DNA of 64,000 bases, from UHGV virus genome UHGV-0122002. One strand, written 5' to 3'. The stretch is from a virus. Below the pieces are notes generated by a model. It was given only the letters and a program-made list of their open reading frames with translations, did not search any database and was not told where the DNA came from. A program made the translations under genes and the position numbers. Positions 20,101 to 29,689 of this stretch are shown here, piece after piece. Position 1 is the first letter of the stretch, and every line of letters begins with the position of its first letter.

Positions 20101-23100
20101 CAGGATATGCTTTATGACTTCGTTGCCGCCGGGCGCGTAGCCAGCGCAATGGACTCCGACTCCCACCGCAAAGAGGCCGCGCGTCGCCGGGTATTGTCGG
20201 AGTATTCAGATACCGGCACCGAAAAAGCAGAGAAGTATCCGTACTTTGAGGATATGGGCTTCGATAGTGTGATCGCTGACGAAGGTCACAACTACCGCAA
20301 TAGCTATAAAAATGGTCGCGAAGCGTCACAACTGGCCTATCTGCCCACCAGCGCGGTGGCGCAATCGGCGCGGGATATGGCAATTAAAAACGCGTACCTG
20401 ATGAAAAAGAATGGTGGGCGCGGACCGGTTCTCCTGACTGCAACGCCAGTCGTTAACACCCCGATCGATGCATACAACATGCTTTCTCATGTTCTGCCGA
20501 AGGAATACTGGCAGAAGATGGGGATCTACAGTCCTGATGACTTCGTAAAATTCTTCGGCAAGACCAGGCTGGAAACGGTACAGAAAATCAGCGGTGAAGT
20601 TGAAGAAAAAATGGCGCTGGTGGGCTTTGAAAACCTTGATGCGCTGCGCGGCATATTCCATCGCTGGACAACGCTTAAAACGGCGGAAGACGTTAAGGAT
20701 ACCGTGGAGATCCCGGAACTGGACGAGCACCAGCAGGATGCACCACTTACTGAAGAACAACTGGCGGCGTATGAAGAATTACGTCAGCAGGCGGAAGCGG
20801 CAGCAAAAGCCAACAATGGCGTAACGACCTCGGTCAATGAAGACGGCGTGATTGAGCACGAGAAAGCCCGTCCGATCTTCTCAATAATCAGGGATATGGA
20901 CCGCGTATGTACTGACATGGACCTGTACTATCGCCGGATCACCTATCGTTTCCTGCCGGAGTACGCCGATGCGGTGCAGCAGCTGGCGGACAGTTTGCCT
21001 AAACAAGCCACCAGCGAAGACGACGACAGTGATGATTCAATCACGCAGCAATCGCAATACTCCCTGATAGATAAGGGCGAGTTTATTCAGTTGCAGGTTC
21101 CGGAAGCGTTCGAGCAGGAAGTGAATAAGCGCCTGGCCAGGTTTGGCATTGACGAACAGACCGTAACTCACCCCGTTACGCCGAAATACGCGAAGCTGAT
21201 CGCCACGCTGAAGGAGTTTTTCCCGGAAGGGAAGCAAATCATCTTCACCGACGAAAAAACGCAGCACCAGAAGCTCAAACGCATTATCTGCAATGCTCTT
21301 AACCTTGAACCTTCAAAGGTAGGGATCCTGAATGCTCAGACGGTTGCCGAGGCAGGTAAAACCGGTAAGAAACTGAAAGCGGTTAAACCGCCGAAAGAGT
21401 TACCGGATGAACCAACAGATGCACAGATAGCGAAATACAACGAGCAAATGGCTCTGTATGACGCCTATATCGCGCAGCAAAATGAAATGTCGCTGGGTGG
21501 GCTGGAAAAGATTGCTGCCGACTTCCAGGAGGGCCGGACTCCGATCATCATCTGCAACAAAAAGGCAGAGGTGGGTATCAACCTGCATCGAGGAACGACG
21601 GATATCCACCACCTGACGTTGCCGTGGACACCAGCCAGTATCGCACAACGTAACGGTCGCGGTGCACGAGTTGGCTCCAACCGTGCAAGCGTTCGCGTTC
21701 ACTACTACTGCGGCAAGGGTTCTTTCGATGAATACCGACTGAAGACGCTGAAGCGTAAAGCAGGCTGGATCTCCGATATCCTCCGCTCAGATAAGTCTGA
21801 AATGGAGAACGCCGACGCCAACGATATGATCGAAATGCAGATGTATACCGCTAAGGATGATGGCGAACGTCTGGCAATGATGCAGGTTCAAATGGATAAG
21901 GCGAAAGCCGCGCAACGCGCTCGCCAGAAAGAACAGGCTACTATCGACCTTCAGAACTACATCAAGGCGCAGCACGCAGCTGGCGAGGATGTGGAGGTAC
22001 TTACCGCTGAATTAGAGCGAAGCAAAGCGGAACTTGAAAAGACCACCGCCGAGGTAGCTAAATTCAAACAGGCGGTAATGGCCAAAGCAGCTGATAACGC
22101 AGACTGGAAGGCCCGCTGGGGGAGCGTCCATCACACAGACCGTATGTTGTTAGCACAGTATCGCGCGTCGTTGAAAAACGCCATTCAGCGCAAGGCTAAT
22201 ATCTCTCAAGCCATCTCCCGCTATGAGAAATTATTGAACCGTACTCAGAAGGCCGCGACGGATATCAAACGCCTGCGCCCGCTGGTGGAGGATGCAATAA
22301 ATAAAGGCATTCTGGATGTTGATCCTGACCTGGTTAACCATGCGAGTGAGTTCCTTGTTATCGGCGATCGCTCATGGCGTGTAGGCCAATACTACGATTG
22401 TGCCGGTGATATCGTTCGCATTAAGTCGCTGGACTTCGACAGCCAGCGCGCAGACGTGGAGATCATCTTTACCTTCAAAGGCACCAAATCGGGTAACTGG
22501 GATGTGAAGACGCTGGATAAACAGGTGGATGTAACTCCCGATGAAGATGCTGTTATGCAGAAAATCAGTGGTGGCGTCTCCATCGCCGGGATTAACGACA
22601 TCATTTCCTGTGACGATTTCTACCGTTTCCAGCAGCGCGGCATGATCAAAATAACTGACTCGTACGGCGTTCAGACTACAGAGTCAGGCTATAGCATTGA
22701 TTTTGTTGGTACCTATACGGACCCACTGAAGCATGCGGTTTACCCGGATCGCCGTGACGGCGCGCTGAAGTCGTCAATTGCAAAATGGGTGCTTGGTATG
22801 ATGTCGGAAGGGAATAACCGCCAGATCCGTTCGGCAGAAACATTCCTGGTTGAATTGTTTGGCTCCAATTATGGCGATGTAATCGCGTCATACGGAGATA
22901 CGCTATCCCCTGAAGCAATTCAGGAGAAAATAGCGGATGCGATCGCCAGAATGCCGGAAAAAACAAGCCAGGGGGCTACTCGTAACGGGGATTCTGAACT
23001 TGAAGTCACCAATGCCATTTTCGGTACCAATGAGTTCCGGGCGTCAGATTATGAGATCACCACAGCACAGTTTGGCACCATTGGCATTTACAGCAATAAA

Positions 23101-23892
23101 GCCGAGATCAAGCAGGCAATGGACGCAGCAAGCGCGCGCATCGCAGCAGAACGGGAAGCCAATCTGAATCATGCAGTCGCCGCGCTGACTCAATCGTGGG
23201 TAACAGCAATCAGGGAGGCCGCCACCACAGGGAAAATCACACCTGCAATAGCGGATGTCGTAAACAACGGCTCTAAATTTATGGATGCCTATCAAATGGA
23301 TGCGGTGAAGTTGCCATCAGCCTATGGTCAACTCAGCTATCGCATGACCTACAACCTGGTATCAATGTTTTCCGACCTTGCCATCCTTGGGCTGGTGGAT
23401 CTTAACGAGGTTACGCCGGAATTGCTCAGCATGCGCAAGAATCATGTGGAGATATTGCAGAGAATTAACACGGTTCTTGCCGGGCGCACCGATGAAGAGA
23501 AACAGGCCGACGCTGATCGGATAAACCTAACCCTTGGCAACATCACGGAGGAAGAGATTGCCGCCAGAAACGAGAAACAAGAAGAGTTATCATCAATACA
23601 GGGTGATGCCACCAGCATAGCTCAGTCTCTTGGTCTGAATTATCGCGTATCCACCGCCGACCTGAAGATGATGTACGCACCAAAATTCGCCGCTGGCGAG
23701 GTATTTGGGCTTCAGGAAGCCTCAGGCATGAAAGGCGTTCTTTTCCGTGCGAAAGACGCAATCAAGGCGAAATTCGGCGCTCGCTGGCTGCCAGCGAAGG
23801 CGAAGAACAGCGATTTCCCGGGTAACTGGTGGATTATCGAGACAAAACACAACGTGGCGGACGTTCTGGCCGTCATCCAACAATACGCATAA
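17125..23892 (+). CDS. darB: DarB-like giant anti-restriction protein: N6-adenine methyltransferase domain plus SF2 helicase domain
   Basis: 2255 aa; AdoMet motif LEPSAGTGVF and motif IV-like GNVPFGG; helicase motifs GFGTGLGKTTTALA, DEGHNYRN, QRNGRGARVG. Confidence 0.85.
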   Translation: MNKLSMGVFRCSSVSEILKYIRAITSHRAPIKYGVEKVEGKSYDRLRREANQKAIDLLNSLVDGATLTDEQRQILAGYTGEGGIGGSVSEYYTPKPIAEGVWEIMKLYGADVGNTLEPSAGTGVFNETKPVGTVMTATEISSVSGRINQLLHPEDSVQISPFEQLAVSTPNDSFDHVVGNVPFGGRDNTRNIDKPYAEETDMGSYFMLRMLDKIKPGGFMCVIVPPSIVSGSNMKRLRLRLSRKAEFLGAHRLPTGTFDANGTSTVVDVVLMRKHPAEMAEKIPLVDEGTLESANVLWPTFISGKWFEKDGRRFVHGTQEKGFQGRIEVRADGQIDNQALKAKLIHRFESRIDWSLLDMAEPSPTADVVDEGEMRLINGVWQKYAGGRWIEADAGKELKIEVASYGADSWEALQRNLTTTEGRLGMTFTQMANVRDKYTTSISDDMVQLVDWINSQPEKYRERLYRGAMIGRMLIEYQDMKAAGHSAEQIEQQRLSLVSRLQAEIDRFGNPGRGPIAKLSGSGARAWFAFRGAIKLDGTISDELTGKLVTHDSSASYDSTSYQDTLRYLYSDLTRDPIQLDDFRLAFTGELPASDDELLNLLASTPGIAVSPYGGIVPFARATSGDINEIVAPKQEFLATLPDGPVKNNVLNQLAAIEEKRIKTPAENIRFKLNSRWFDRSVILEFLQENGYPDLRYVQSVQLEGDEMVSDTYHGGDGLFVGHRYGVVQRKDKETGEIRYEWDRKSGENATGFPAQLEKYLNGARIGGKDSATANGYREQMALLEDQFNKWIKTHDRYDELVAKYNDVFNSNIPYEHSGDPLGLKGLSGKRQPFDYQNSEVRQLSEDGRGILGFGTGLGKTTTALALEAFNYENGRSTRTAYVVPKSVLENWYYEAKEFLSEEAFSNYLFVGLDVLMDGDQIRQVPVLDENGKPVLGTDGTPVMRDALKLADEATITARMNAIPHSNYRAVVFTKEQYARIPLRDDTVDEHAQDMLYDFVAAGRVASAMDSDSHRKEAARRRVLSEYSDTGTEKAEKYPYFEDMGFDSVIADEGHNYRNSYKNGREASQLAYLPTSAVAQSARDMAIKNAYLMKKNGGRGPVLLTATPVVNTPIDAYNMLSHVLPKEYWQKMGIYSPDDFVKFFGKTRLETVQKISGEVEEKMALVGFENLDALRGIFHRWTTLKTAEDVKDTVEIPELDEHQQDAPLTEEQLAAYEELRQQAEAAAKANNGVTTSVNEDGVIEHEKARPIFSIIRDMDRVCTDMDLYYRRITYRFLPEYADAVQQLADSLPKQATSEDDDSDDSITQQSQYSLIDKGEFIQLQVPEAFEQEVNKRLARFGIDEQTVTHPVTPKYAKLIATLKEFFPEGKQIIFTDEKTQHQKLKRIICNALNLEPSKVGILNAQTVAEAGKTGKKLKAVKPPKELPDEPTDAQIAKYNEQMALYDAYIAQQNEMSLGGLEKIAADFQEGRTPIIICNKKAEVGINLHRGTTDIHHLTLPWTPASIAQRNGRGARVGSNRASVRVHYYCGKGSFDEYRLKTLKRKAGWISDILRSDKSEMENADANDMIEMQMYTAKDDGERLAMMQVQMDKAKAAQRARQKEQATIDLQNYIKAQHAAGEDVEVLTAELERSKAELEKTTAEVAKFKQAVMAKAADNADWKARWGSVHHTDRMLLAQYRASLKNAIQRKANISQAISRYEKLLNRTQKAATDIKRLRPLVEDAINKGILDVDPDLVNHASEFLVIGDRSWRVGQYYDCAGDIVRIKSLDFDSQRADVEIIFTFKGTKSGNWDVKTLDKQVDVTPDEDAVMQKISGGVSIAGINDIISCDDFYRFQQRGMIKITDSYGVQTTESGYSIDFVGTYTDPLKHAVYPDRRDGALKSSIAKWVLGMMSEGNNRQIRSAETFLVELFGSNYGDVIASYGDTLSPEAIQEKIADAIARMPEKTSQGATRNGDSELEVTNAIFGTNEFRASDYEITTAQFGTIGIYSNKAEIKQAMDAASARIAAEREANLNHAVAALTQSWVTAIREAATTGKITPAIADVVNNGSKFMDAYQMDAVKLPSAYGQLSYRMTYNLVSMFSDLAILGLVDLNEVTPELLSMRKNHVEILQRINTVLAGRTDEEKQADADRINLTLGNITEEEIAARNEKQEELSSIQGDATSIAQSLGLNYRVSTADLKMMYAPKFAAGEVFGLQEASGMKGVLFRAKDAIKAKFGARWLPAKAKNSDFPGNWWIIETKHNVADVLAVIQQYA

Positions 23893-23925
23893 CAGGAGCG
23901 CCCGGTTCGCCGGGCGTCGCATAAT

Positions 23926-24366
23926 ATGGCCACACTATCTGATACAATAAAACCGAATAAAACATATCTTGAGGCGGTACTCCGTACAGCGTTGTTAGGA
24001 AAGACAGAAGACGAATACGTTGATTTCTTCCTGTCAGGGCTACGCGGGCGATTACTGAAAAATCCCCGCCTGTACCGCAGCTATGGTCCATACTGGCCGG
24101 AAATTAAAAAATTATTACTGGAGCGCGGTTATGGTAATTTCGGTCGTCTCGTTGACCGTGACGTTCGCAAAATTTACCGTTATGACCGCCCGGCGCTAAC
24201 ACTCATAGCCGCGACGCTCTACAGCCAGGAGCGTTTTGATAATGGTCAGATATACTCAGCCTGGCATTTACTGCCAGTGCCTGAAGAAGTTGACGACCAG
24301 GACTATGAGTTTGAGTCTTACGATTTGGAAGTTGAAGCCTTGGCACAGGCTGGAGAGAAAACTTGA
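23926..24366 (+). CDS. Hypothetical protein (P1 ulx position)
   Basis: 146 aa immediately downstream of darB. Confidence 0.45.
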   Translation: MATLSDTIKPNKTYLEAVLRTALLGKTEDEYVDFFLSGLRGRLLKNPRLYRSYGPYWPEIKKLLLERGYGNFGRLVDRDVRKIYRYDRPALTLIAATLYSQERFDNGQIYSAWHLLPVPEEVDDQDYEFESYDLEVEALAQAGEKT

Positions 24367-24611
24367 AAAAGCGATACTACACAGTAAAGCATGGGACGCT
24401 ACGAGCATTACAAGAGTTTGCTGACAAGCATAACGTTGAGGTGCGCAGGAAAGGGGGAAGTAAAGCTCTGCGCATGTACCGTCCGGACGGGAAATGGCGT
24501 ACGGTCGTCGATTTCAAAACTAACAGTGTTCCCCAGGGCGTCCGCGATCGGGCATTCGAAGAATGGGAGCAGATCATCATAGATAACGCATTGCTCCTGA
24601 ATGCTGATTAA
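24363..24611 (+). CDS. Small basic protein (P1 lxc position)
   Basis: 82 aa, TTG start overlapping upstream stop, RBS GGAGAG. Confidence 0.4.
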   Translation: MKKRYYTVKHGTLRALQEFADKHNVEVRRKGGSKALRMYRPDGKWRTVVDFKTNSVPQGVRDRAFEEWEQIIIDNALLLNAD

Positions 24612-24650
24612 ACTTTCCGCCCTTTTGCCCGGTCTATCGCCGGGCATCTT

Positions 24651-25319
24651 TCAGAGATAATTACCTTTACCTGTCAATTCCCCTTGTGGTACTTGTTTTT
24701 GCGCCAGTGTTTGGGTTCCGCGAATTATGTTAATCAGAGGGCTTAGTAACGATGGTTCCTGGCGTGCCTCAACTTCTCCAGCCATTGCCCTGATGTAGTC
24801 GGAGCTTGCAACGTTGTTGTATTCCGTTGCGAAGCAGCATAACAACGTCAGAACGTGCTCTGTCGTTATTTCGCTCCAGTTGATGTTGAAAAATTCATCG
24901 CCTTTTTTATCGTGTTCGGAATCGAAGATGCTTTGGTGGAGGATGTATTTGCCGGATTCCTTGCGCGGTAACTTGATCGCTTTCTGGCGTTCCAGCTCCT
25001 TGTAAATCTGCATTGCTTCAATCAGTACCGGCCTGCCGTTCATGAAGGGATCGCGCAACCTTACACGCTGGCCAACTCGACCAGTAATAAAGCTGTTTTC
25101 CTCTTCCACCAGCACGATAAAACCCTTTTCCTCTTTTTCTCGCAATTCGCGCAGCAGCTGGAGTTCCATATCGCGGCGGCGTTCAGGGTAGCTGGTCCGC
25201 TCAGCCATTATTAGCTCATTGTTGATCCATGCGGCAGTCATTGACGCCGGTTTGCCGACGCTCATCGAAACAACGCATATTTTCTTATCCATAGCGCCCC
25301 TACAAAAAAGAAAAGCCAC
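24651..25319 (-). CDS. Hypothetical protein (P1 mat position)
   Basis: 222 aa; convergent with lxc-like gene, only 40 bp apart. Confidence 0.45.
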   Translation of the reverse strand: MAFLFCRGAMDKKICVVSMSVGKPASMTAAWINNELIMAERTSYPERRRDMELQLLRELREKEEKGFIVLVEEENSFITGRVGQRVRLRDPFMNGRPVLIEAMQIYKELERQKAIKLPRKESGKYILHQSIFDSEHDKKGDEFFNINWSEITTEHVLTLLCCFATEYNNVASSDYIRAMAGEVEARQEPSLLSPLINIIRGTQTLAQKQVPQGELTGKGNYL

Positions 25320-25480
25320 CAGCGGCGGCTTAGCAATACAACTGAAGGTAGCGCCCGGTACTCAGACTGTGCCGTCCATGGAATATTTGAAAAGGGATCC
25401 ATCCGTACCGGGCATGTGATGATTCTGACTGAAGTCACTTGTCAGTTGTCAATTATTTCAGATTAAAAATAATATATTTA

Positions 25481-26041
25481 TTAGTGCATGATGTTTGCCA
25501 TCTCATAGGCGTCAGCCAGCAACTCCATCTCTGACTTGTTCAGCAAGGTGAATTCTTTCTTGCCTCCAACCACACCATCGGCATGAACAGGGACCAGCCA
25601 GGGGTATTTTTCTCTTACTTCAGCCGGTGCTGCATGCTGGTGGTGCCATCTACAAAGGGGCAATTGCTTTTTGTGACAACCCGGCGCGGTACGACCGGAG
25701 ATATGGTGCAGAGATACCTCTCCAGATATTACTCCATGCATGTAGCAGGCAATGCAGGGGAGAGCGCCAAGAGCATTGGCGATGCGCCGTTCCTCCGCCA
25801 TTAGTGTTCTCCCCTTCAAGCCACGAGATTTTATTTTTACCGCGCTTTTCCGCGTTTTGCTGGCTGGTGGGCGCTCTTTCTGTTTAGCGATACGGCGGTC
25901 GATAGAATCCCGCATTTTCTGATATTGCGATTCTCGCCAAGCGGGGTCAGCCAACTTTTCCCGTTGCCGAGCGATCGCTCGTTCTCTGGCTGCCTTCTGC
26001 CACTCGCGGCGCTGTTCAAGTTTTTGTTCGATTGTTTTCAT
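25481..26041 (-). CDS. ref: Ref-like HNH-motif endonuclease (recombination enhancement function)
   Basis: 186 aa; basic N-terminus, Cys/His cluster CIACYMHG...HHISGRTAPGCHKKQLPLCRWHHQ typical of HNH nucleases. Confidence 0.7.
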   Translation of the reverse strand: MKTIEQKLEQRREWQKAARERAIARQREKLADPAWRESQYQKMRDSIDRRIAKQKERPPASKTRKSAVKIKSRGLKGRTLMAEERRIANALGALPCIACYMHGVISGEVSLHHISGRTAPGCHKKQLPLCRWHHQHAAPAEVREKYPWLVPVHADGVVGGKKEFTLLNKSEMELLADAYEMANIMH

Positions 26042-26053
26042 ATGGCAAAAAAA

Positions 26054-26071
26054 AAGGCGGCCTAATGGCCG
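26054..26071 (-). other. Hairpin in the ref leader (terminator or attenuator-like)
   Basis: GGCGGCC-TAAT-GGCCGCC followed on the minus strand by a T-run, ~10 bp upstream of the ref start. Confidence 0.4.
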
Positions 26072-26128
26072 CCAATGATGTCAAGGAGTTAAGTAATGGC
26101 AACGTCTTCGTAGTTGACAAAAACTGCG

Positions 26129-26157
26129 GCTTAATTATAGCAATCAATTAGAGCAAT
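26129..26157 (-). promoter_or_regulatory. Tandem C1 operator-like sites upstream of ref
   Basis: TTAATTATAGCAAT and ATCAATTAGAGCAAT adjacent; TTGACA at 26114. Confidence 0.5.
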
Positions 26158-26288
26158 GGTAGATATTTTGTTAATCGCGAATCACATTTTTTCACTTCAG
26201 TACCTGTGTGCTATACTCCTTCTTGATTGATTGGATGCGGAATACAAACCCGCTCTTTTGTGCAGCCTGGCTCCTTGCCAGGCTTTTT

Positions 26289-26600
26289 TTATTTCATCAT
26301 GGAAGCTGTTAACGCTTTGGATCTTGCTGAACTGATTGAAAGGGCATTGTTTACCTTACCCAGGAGTTCGCCAAATTCCACCATCACTCTAGTAAGCCCG
26401 CGCCGCGCTTCCTCCTCCGTTGCATTCATCACAAAATGTTCAGCACTCCGCATGCTTTTAACGGGGAACGCAACAGATATCGAGTCGATATCAGGCATCC
26501 TATCGCTCAACTTTACGGTGACAATGACAGATGGTGACTGAATTTGAGAGCTTACAGACAGCACCACATATTTTCCGTCTATTTTGAAATCCTTCCGCAT
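26289..26600 (-). CDS. Hypothetical protein (P1 cra position)
   Basis: 103 aa directly downstream of cre. Confidence 0.45.
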   Translation of the reverse strand: MRKDFKIDGKYVVLSVSSQIQSPSVIVTVKLSDRMPDIDSISVAFPVKSMRSAEHFVMNATEEEARRGLTRVMVEFGELLGKVNNALSISSARSKALTASMMK

Positions 26601-26616
26601 GTGTCACCATAAATAT

Positions 26617-26633
26617 CAAATAATTAGAGCAAT
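26617..26633 (-). promoter_or_regulatory. C1 operator-like site between cre and the cra-like gene
   Basis: CAAATAATTAGAGCAAT, core ATTAGAGCAAT intact. Confidence 0.4.
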
Positions 26634-26650
26634 CAGTTGCAAATAAACGG

Positions 26651-27682
26651 CTAATCGCCATCTTCCAGCAGGCGCACCATTGCCCCCGTTTCACTATCCA
26701 GGTTACGAATGTAGTTCATGACAATATTTACGTTGGTCCAGCCACCAGCTTGCATGATCTCCGGTATTGAAACTCCGGCGCGGGCCATATCTCGCGCGGC
26801 TCCGACACGGGCACTGTGTCCAGACCAGGCCAGGTATCTCTGCCCAGAGTCATCCTTAGCGCCGTAAATCAATCGATGAGTTGCTTCAAAAATCCCTTCC
26901 AGAGCGCGAGTTGATAGCTGGCTGGTGGCAGATGGCGCGGCAACACCATTTTTTCTGACACGGCAAAACAGGTAGTTATTCGGATCATCAGCCACACCAG
27001 AGACAGAAATCCATCGCTCGACCAGTTTAGTTACCCCCAGGCTAAGTGCCTTCTCTACACCTGCGGTGCTAACCAGTGTTTTCGTTCTGCCAATATGGAT
27101 TAACATTCTCCCACCGTCAGTACGTGAGATATCTTTAACCCTGATCCTGGCAATTTCGGCTATACGTAACAGGGTGTTATAAGCAATCCCCAGAAATGCC
27201 AGATTCCGTATATCCTGGCAGCGATCGCTATTTTCCATGAGTGAACGAACCTGGTCGAAATCAGTGCGTTCGAACGCCAATGCCTGTTTTGCACGTTCAC
27301 CGGCATCAACGTTTTCTTTTCGAATCCGCCGCATGACCAGTGAAACAGCATTGCTGTCACTTGGTCGTGGCAGCCCGGACCGACGATGAAGCATGTTTAG
27401 CTGGCCCAAATGTTGCTGGATAGTTTTTACTGCCAGACCGCGCGCCTGAAGATATAGAAGATAATCGCGAACATCTTCAGGTTCTGCGGGAAACCACTTC
27501 CGGTTATTCAACTTGCACCATGCCGCCCACGACCGGCAAACGGACAGAAGCATTTTCCAGGTATGCTCAGAAAACGCCTGGCGATCCCTGAACATGTCCA
27601 TCAGGTTCTTGCGAACCTCATCACTCGTTGCATCGACCGGTAATGCAGGCAAATTTTGGTGTACGGTCAGTAAATTGGACAT
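26651..27682 (-). CDS. cre: Cre tyrosine site-specific recombinase
   Basis: 343 aa beginning MSNLLTVHQNLPALPVDATSDEVRKNLMDMFRDRQAFSEHTWKMLLSVCR and ending MVRLLEDGD; matches Cre as remembered; loxP 420 bp upstream. Confidence 0.97.
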   Translation of the reverse strand: MSNLLTVHQNLPALPVDATSDEVRKNLMDMFRDRQAFSEHTWKMLLSVCRSWAAWCKLNNRKWFPAEPEDVRDYLLYLQARGLAVKTIQQHLGQLNMLHRRSGLPRPSDSNAVSLVMRRIRKENVDAGERAKQALAFERTDFDQVRSLMENSDRCQDIRNLAFLGIAYNTLLRIAEIARIRVKDISRTDGGRMLIHIGRTKTLVSTAGVEKALSLGVTKLVERWISVSGVADDPNNYLFCRVRKNGVAAPSATSQLSTRALEGIFEATHRLIYGAKDDSGQRYLAWSGHSARVGAARDMARAGVSIPEIMQAGGWTNVNIVMNYIRNLDSETGAMVRLLEDGD

Positions 27683-28100
27683 TTAACACTCAGATAATAG
27701 TTTTAAGTAAAGTGTACAGGATTGGCTCTGCCTTTACCTGTTTATGGTTCTCGTCATAGAAACGCCAGCGACCGCGCGTGCGTTCTATTTTCTCTTCACC
27801 GCGCGATAATGACAGTTGGCAACTATCACGATCAAACCCTTTTGCCCGCCAGTAACCACGGTTTTTCTCAAGCTCAAGATGAGTGGACACTTTAGCAGCT
27901 GAATATCCCATTTTTCACCTCTGATTGATTGGTGGTGCTAAGTGCGCTACGCGAAATCTGGAGCACTAACACTGCCAACATTTCGCAGATTTTACGTAGC
28001 GCAACCTTGATCAAATGATCAAGTGATCACTATTTGACCTGATAAGGTATTGAACTGTATGGATTTACAGGTAAATTGATCATGTTCAATAACCCTTAAG

Positions 28101-28134
28101 ATAACTTCGTATAATGTATGCTATACGAAGTTAT
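28101..28134. other. loxP recombination site
   Basis: ATAACTTCGTATA ATGTATGC TATACGAAGTTAT: exact canonical 34-bp loxP. Confidence 0.97.
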
Positions 28135-28177
28135 TAGGTCCGAAGAGGAGTTTACGTCCAGCTGCGCATAAAAATCA

Positions 28178-28194
28178 AGAATTATTAGAGCAAT
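28178..28194 (-). promoter_or_regulatory. C1 operator (immC, Op99-like)
   Basis: AGAATTATTAGAGCAAT. Confidence 0.6.
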
Positions 28195-28254
28195 AAATTT
28201 TGAGAGAAAAATCCCACTCCACCAGCCAAAAACTGGATTGTTTTTCATAGTTGT

Positions 28255-28277
28255 TTGACAATTGCTCTAATAAATTA
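28255..28277 (+). promoter_or_regulatory. Promoter -35 element overlapped by C1 operator (P99-like, drives coi-c1)
   Basis: TTGACA immediately followed by ATTGCTCTAATAAATTA (1 mismatch to consensus). Confidence 0.65.
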
Positions 28278-28515
28278 TAGTTTTGCCGCCGTTTCGTAAT
28301 ACGACTTTGGATTCACTATTTAATGTGTCTTCAGCGTTGTAGAGCGGCTCAGAAGGAAATGAGCAAACAGGGAAACCTTATACAACGGCATTACAGCTAT
28401 GCATTGCTCATCTTACACACAGCGCAATGTTGTTAGATTACCCCAGCATGGATCATGGGTGAAACAGTAGGTCAGAGCTTCAGGCTCTGTGTTGTCAATA
28501 CAGTGAGGCATAATT

Positions 28516-28725
28516 ATGGCTTTCATTCCACCAACCATCGACGACGTTAGACATTGCTCTAACGCTTTATCTGTAGACCCCGCCGAAACCGACGCTGCCC
28601 GCGCCATTGCTGAACACTACTCAAAGATATCCAATCAGGAGTACCGCATCACCCAAGACGACCTGGATGATCTCACTGACACAATCGAATATCTCATGGC
28701 CACTAACCAGCCAGACTCACAATAA
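28516..28725 (+). CDS. coi: Coi-like C1 inactivator
   Basis: 69 aa ORF with RBS GAGG, directly upstream of c1. Confidence 0.75.
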   Translation: MAFIPPTIDDVRHCSNALSVDPAETDAARAIAEHYSKISNQEYRITQDDLDDLTDTIEYLMATNQPDSQ

Positions 28726-28771
28726 ATGCACTAATAAATCTATTATTTTCGTTGGATCCTTCTATAATGGT

Positions 28772-28812
28772 GGCCAACAACTCCCAGTGTAATCCGCTGT
28801 GAGTTGTTGGCC
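28772..28812 (+). other. Stem-loop in coi-c1 intergenic region
   Basis: Perfect 12-bp inverted repeat GGCCAACAACTC / GAGTTGTTGGCC with 17-nt loop, just after a TATAAT hexamer, 24 bp before c1 ATG. Confidence 0.5.
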
Positions 28813-28835
28813 ATGTCAATTCTGGAGGAGGATCA

Positions 28836-29687
28836 ATGATAAATTATGTCTACGGCGAACAACTGTACCAGGAGTTCGTCAGCTTCAGGGATCTCTTTCT
28901 AAAAAAAGCTGTTGCACGCGCCCAACACGTTGATGCCGCCAGCGACGGTCGTCCTGTTCGCCCGGTTGTCGTTCTGCCGTTCAAAGAAACGGACAGCATT
29001 CAGGCTGAAATTGATAAATGGACTTTAATGGCGCGGGAACTGGAACAGTATCCAGACCTCAATATCCCAAAGACTATTTTATATCCAGTGCCTAACATCC
29101 TTCGCGGTGTGCGTAAGGTTACAACTTATCAGACAGAAGCTGTGAACAGCGTCAACATGACCGCTGGCCGCATTATTCATCTGATTGATAAGGACATTCG
29201 CATCCAAAAAAGCGCGGGGATCAATGAGCACAGTGCGAAATACATAGAGAACCTGGAAGCAACAAAAGAGCTAATGAAGCAGTACCCGGAGGATGAAAAA
29301 TTCCGTATGCGCGTACACGGCTTTAGCGAAACAATGCTGCGCGTCCACTACATTTCCAGTAGCCCTAACTACAATGATGGTAAATCAGTTAGTTACCATG
29401 TGCCACTGTGTGGCGTGTTTATCTGCGATGAAACTCTCCGTGATGGAATTATCATCAACGGTGAATTCGAAAAAGCAAAATTTAGCCTTTATGACTCCAT
29501 AGAACCGATCATCTGCGACCGCTGGCCGCAAGCAAAAATATATCGCCTGGCAGATATTGAAAATGTAAAAAAACAAATTGCCATCACTCGCGAAGAGAAA
29601 AAGGTTAAGTCAGCCGCATCAGTTACGCGCAGCCGTAAAACCAAGAAGGGGCAGCCAGTAAACGACAACCCCGAAAGCGCGCAATAA
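28836..29687 (+). CDS. c1: C1 repressor of lysis
   Basis: 283 aa starting MINYVYGEQLYQEF; downstream of coi and the operator cluster next to loxP. Confidence 0.9.
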   Translation: MINYVYGEQLYQEFVSFRDLFLKKAVARAQHVDAASDGRPVRPVVVLPFKETDSIQAEIDKWTLMARELEQYPDLNIPKTILYPVPNILRGVRKVTTYQTEAVNSVNMTAGRIIHLIDKDIRIQKSAGINEHSAKYIENLEATKELMKQYPEDEKFRMRVHGFSETMLRVHYISSSPNYNDGKSVSYHVPLCGVFICDETLRDGIIINGEFEKAKFSLYDSIEPIICDRWPQAKIYRLADIENVKKQIAITREEKKVKSAASVTRSRKTKKGQPVNDNPESAQ

Positions 29688-29689
29688 AT

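Noticed and set aside
23900-23918. Hairpin CGCCCGG-TTCG-CCGGGCG after darB as a terminator
   Set aside because: No downstream T-tract and the next gene starts 8 bp later in the same orientation; more likely an mRNA-stabilising stem.
23893-24650. Search for res/mod restriction genes expected next to lxc
   Set aside because: Only two small ORFs occupy this interval; absence recorded as a finding rather than a feature.
27690-27911. 73-aa minus-strand ORF between loxP and cre
   Set aside because: Lies in the ~420-bp cre leader and promoter region; no convincing ribosome-binding site; could not be supported as a gene.
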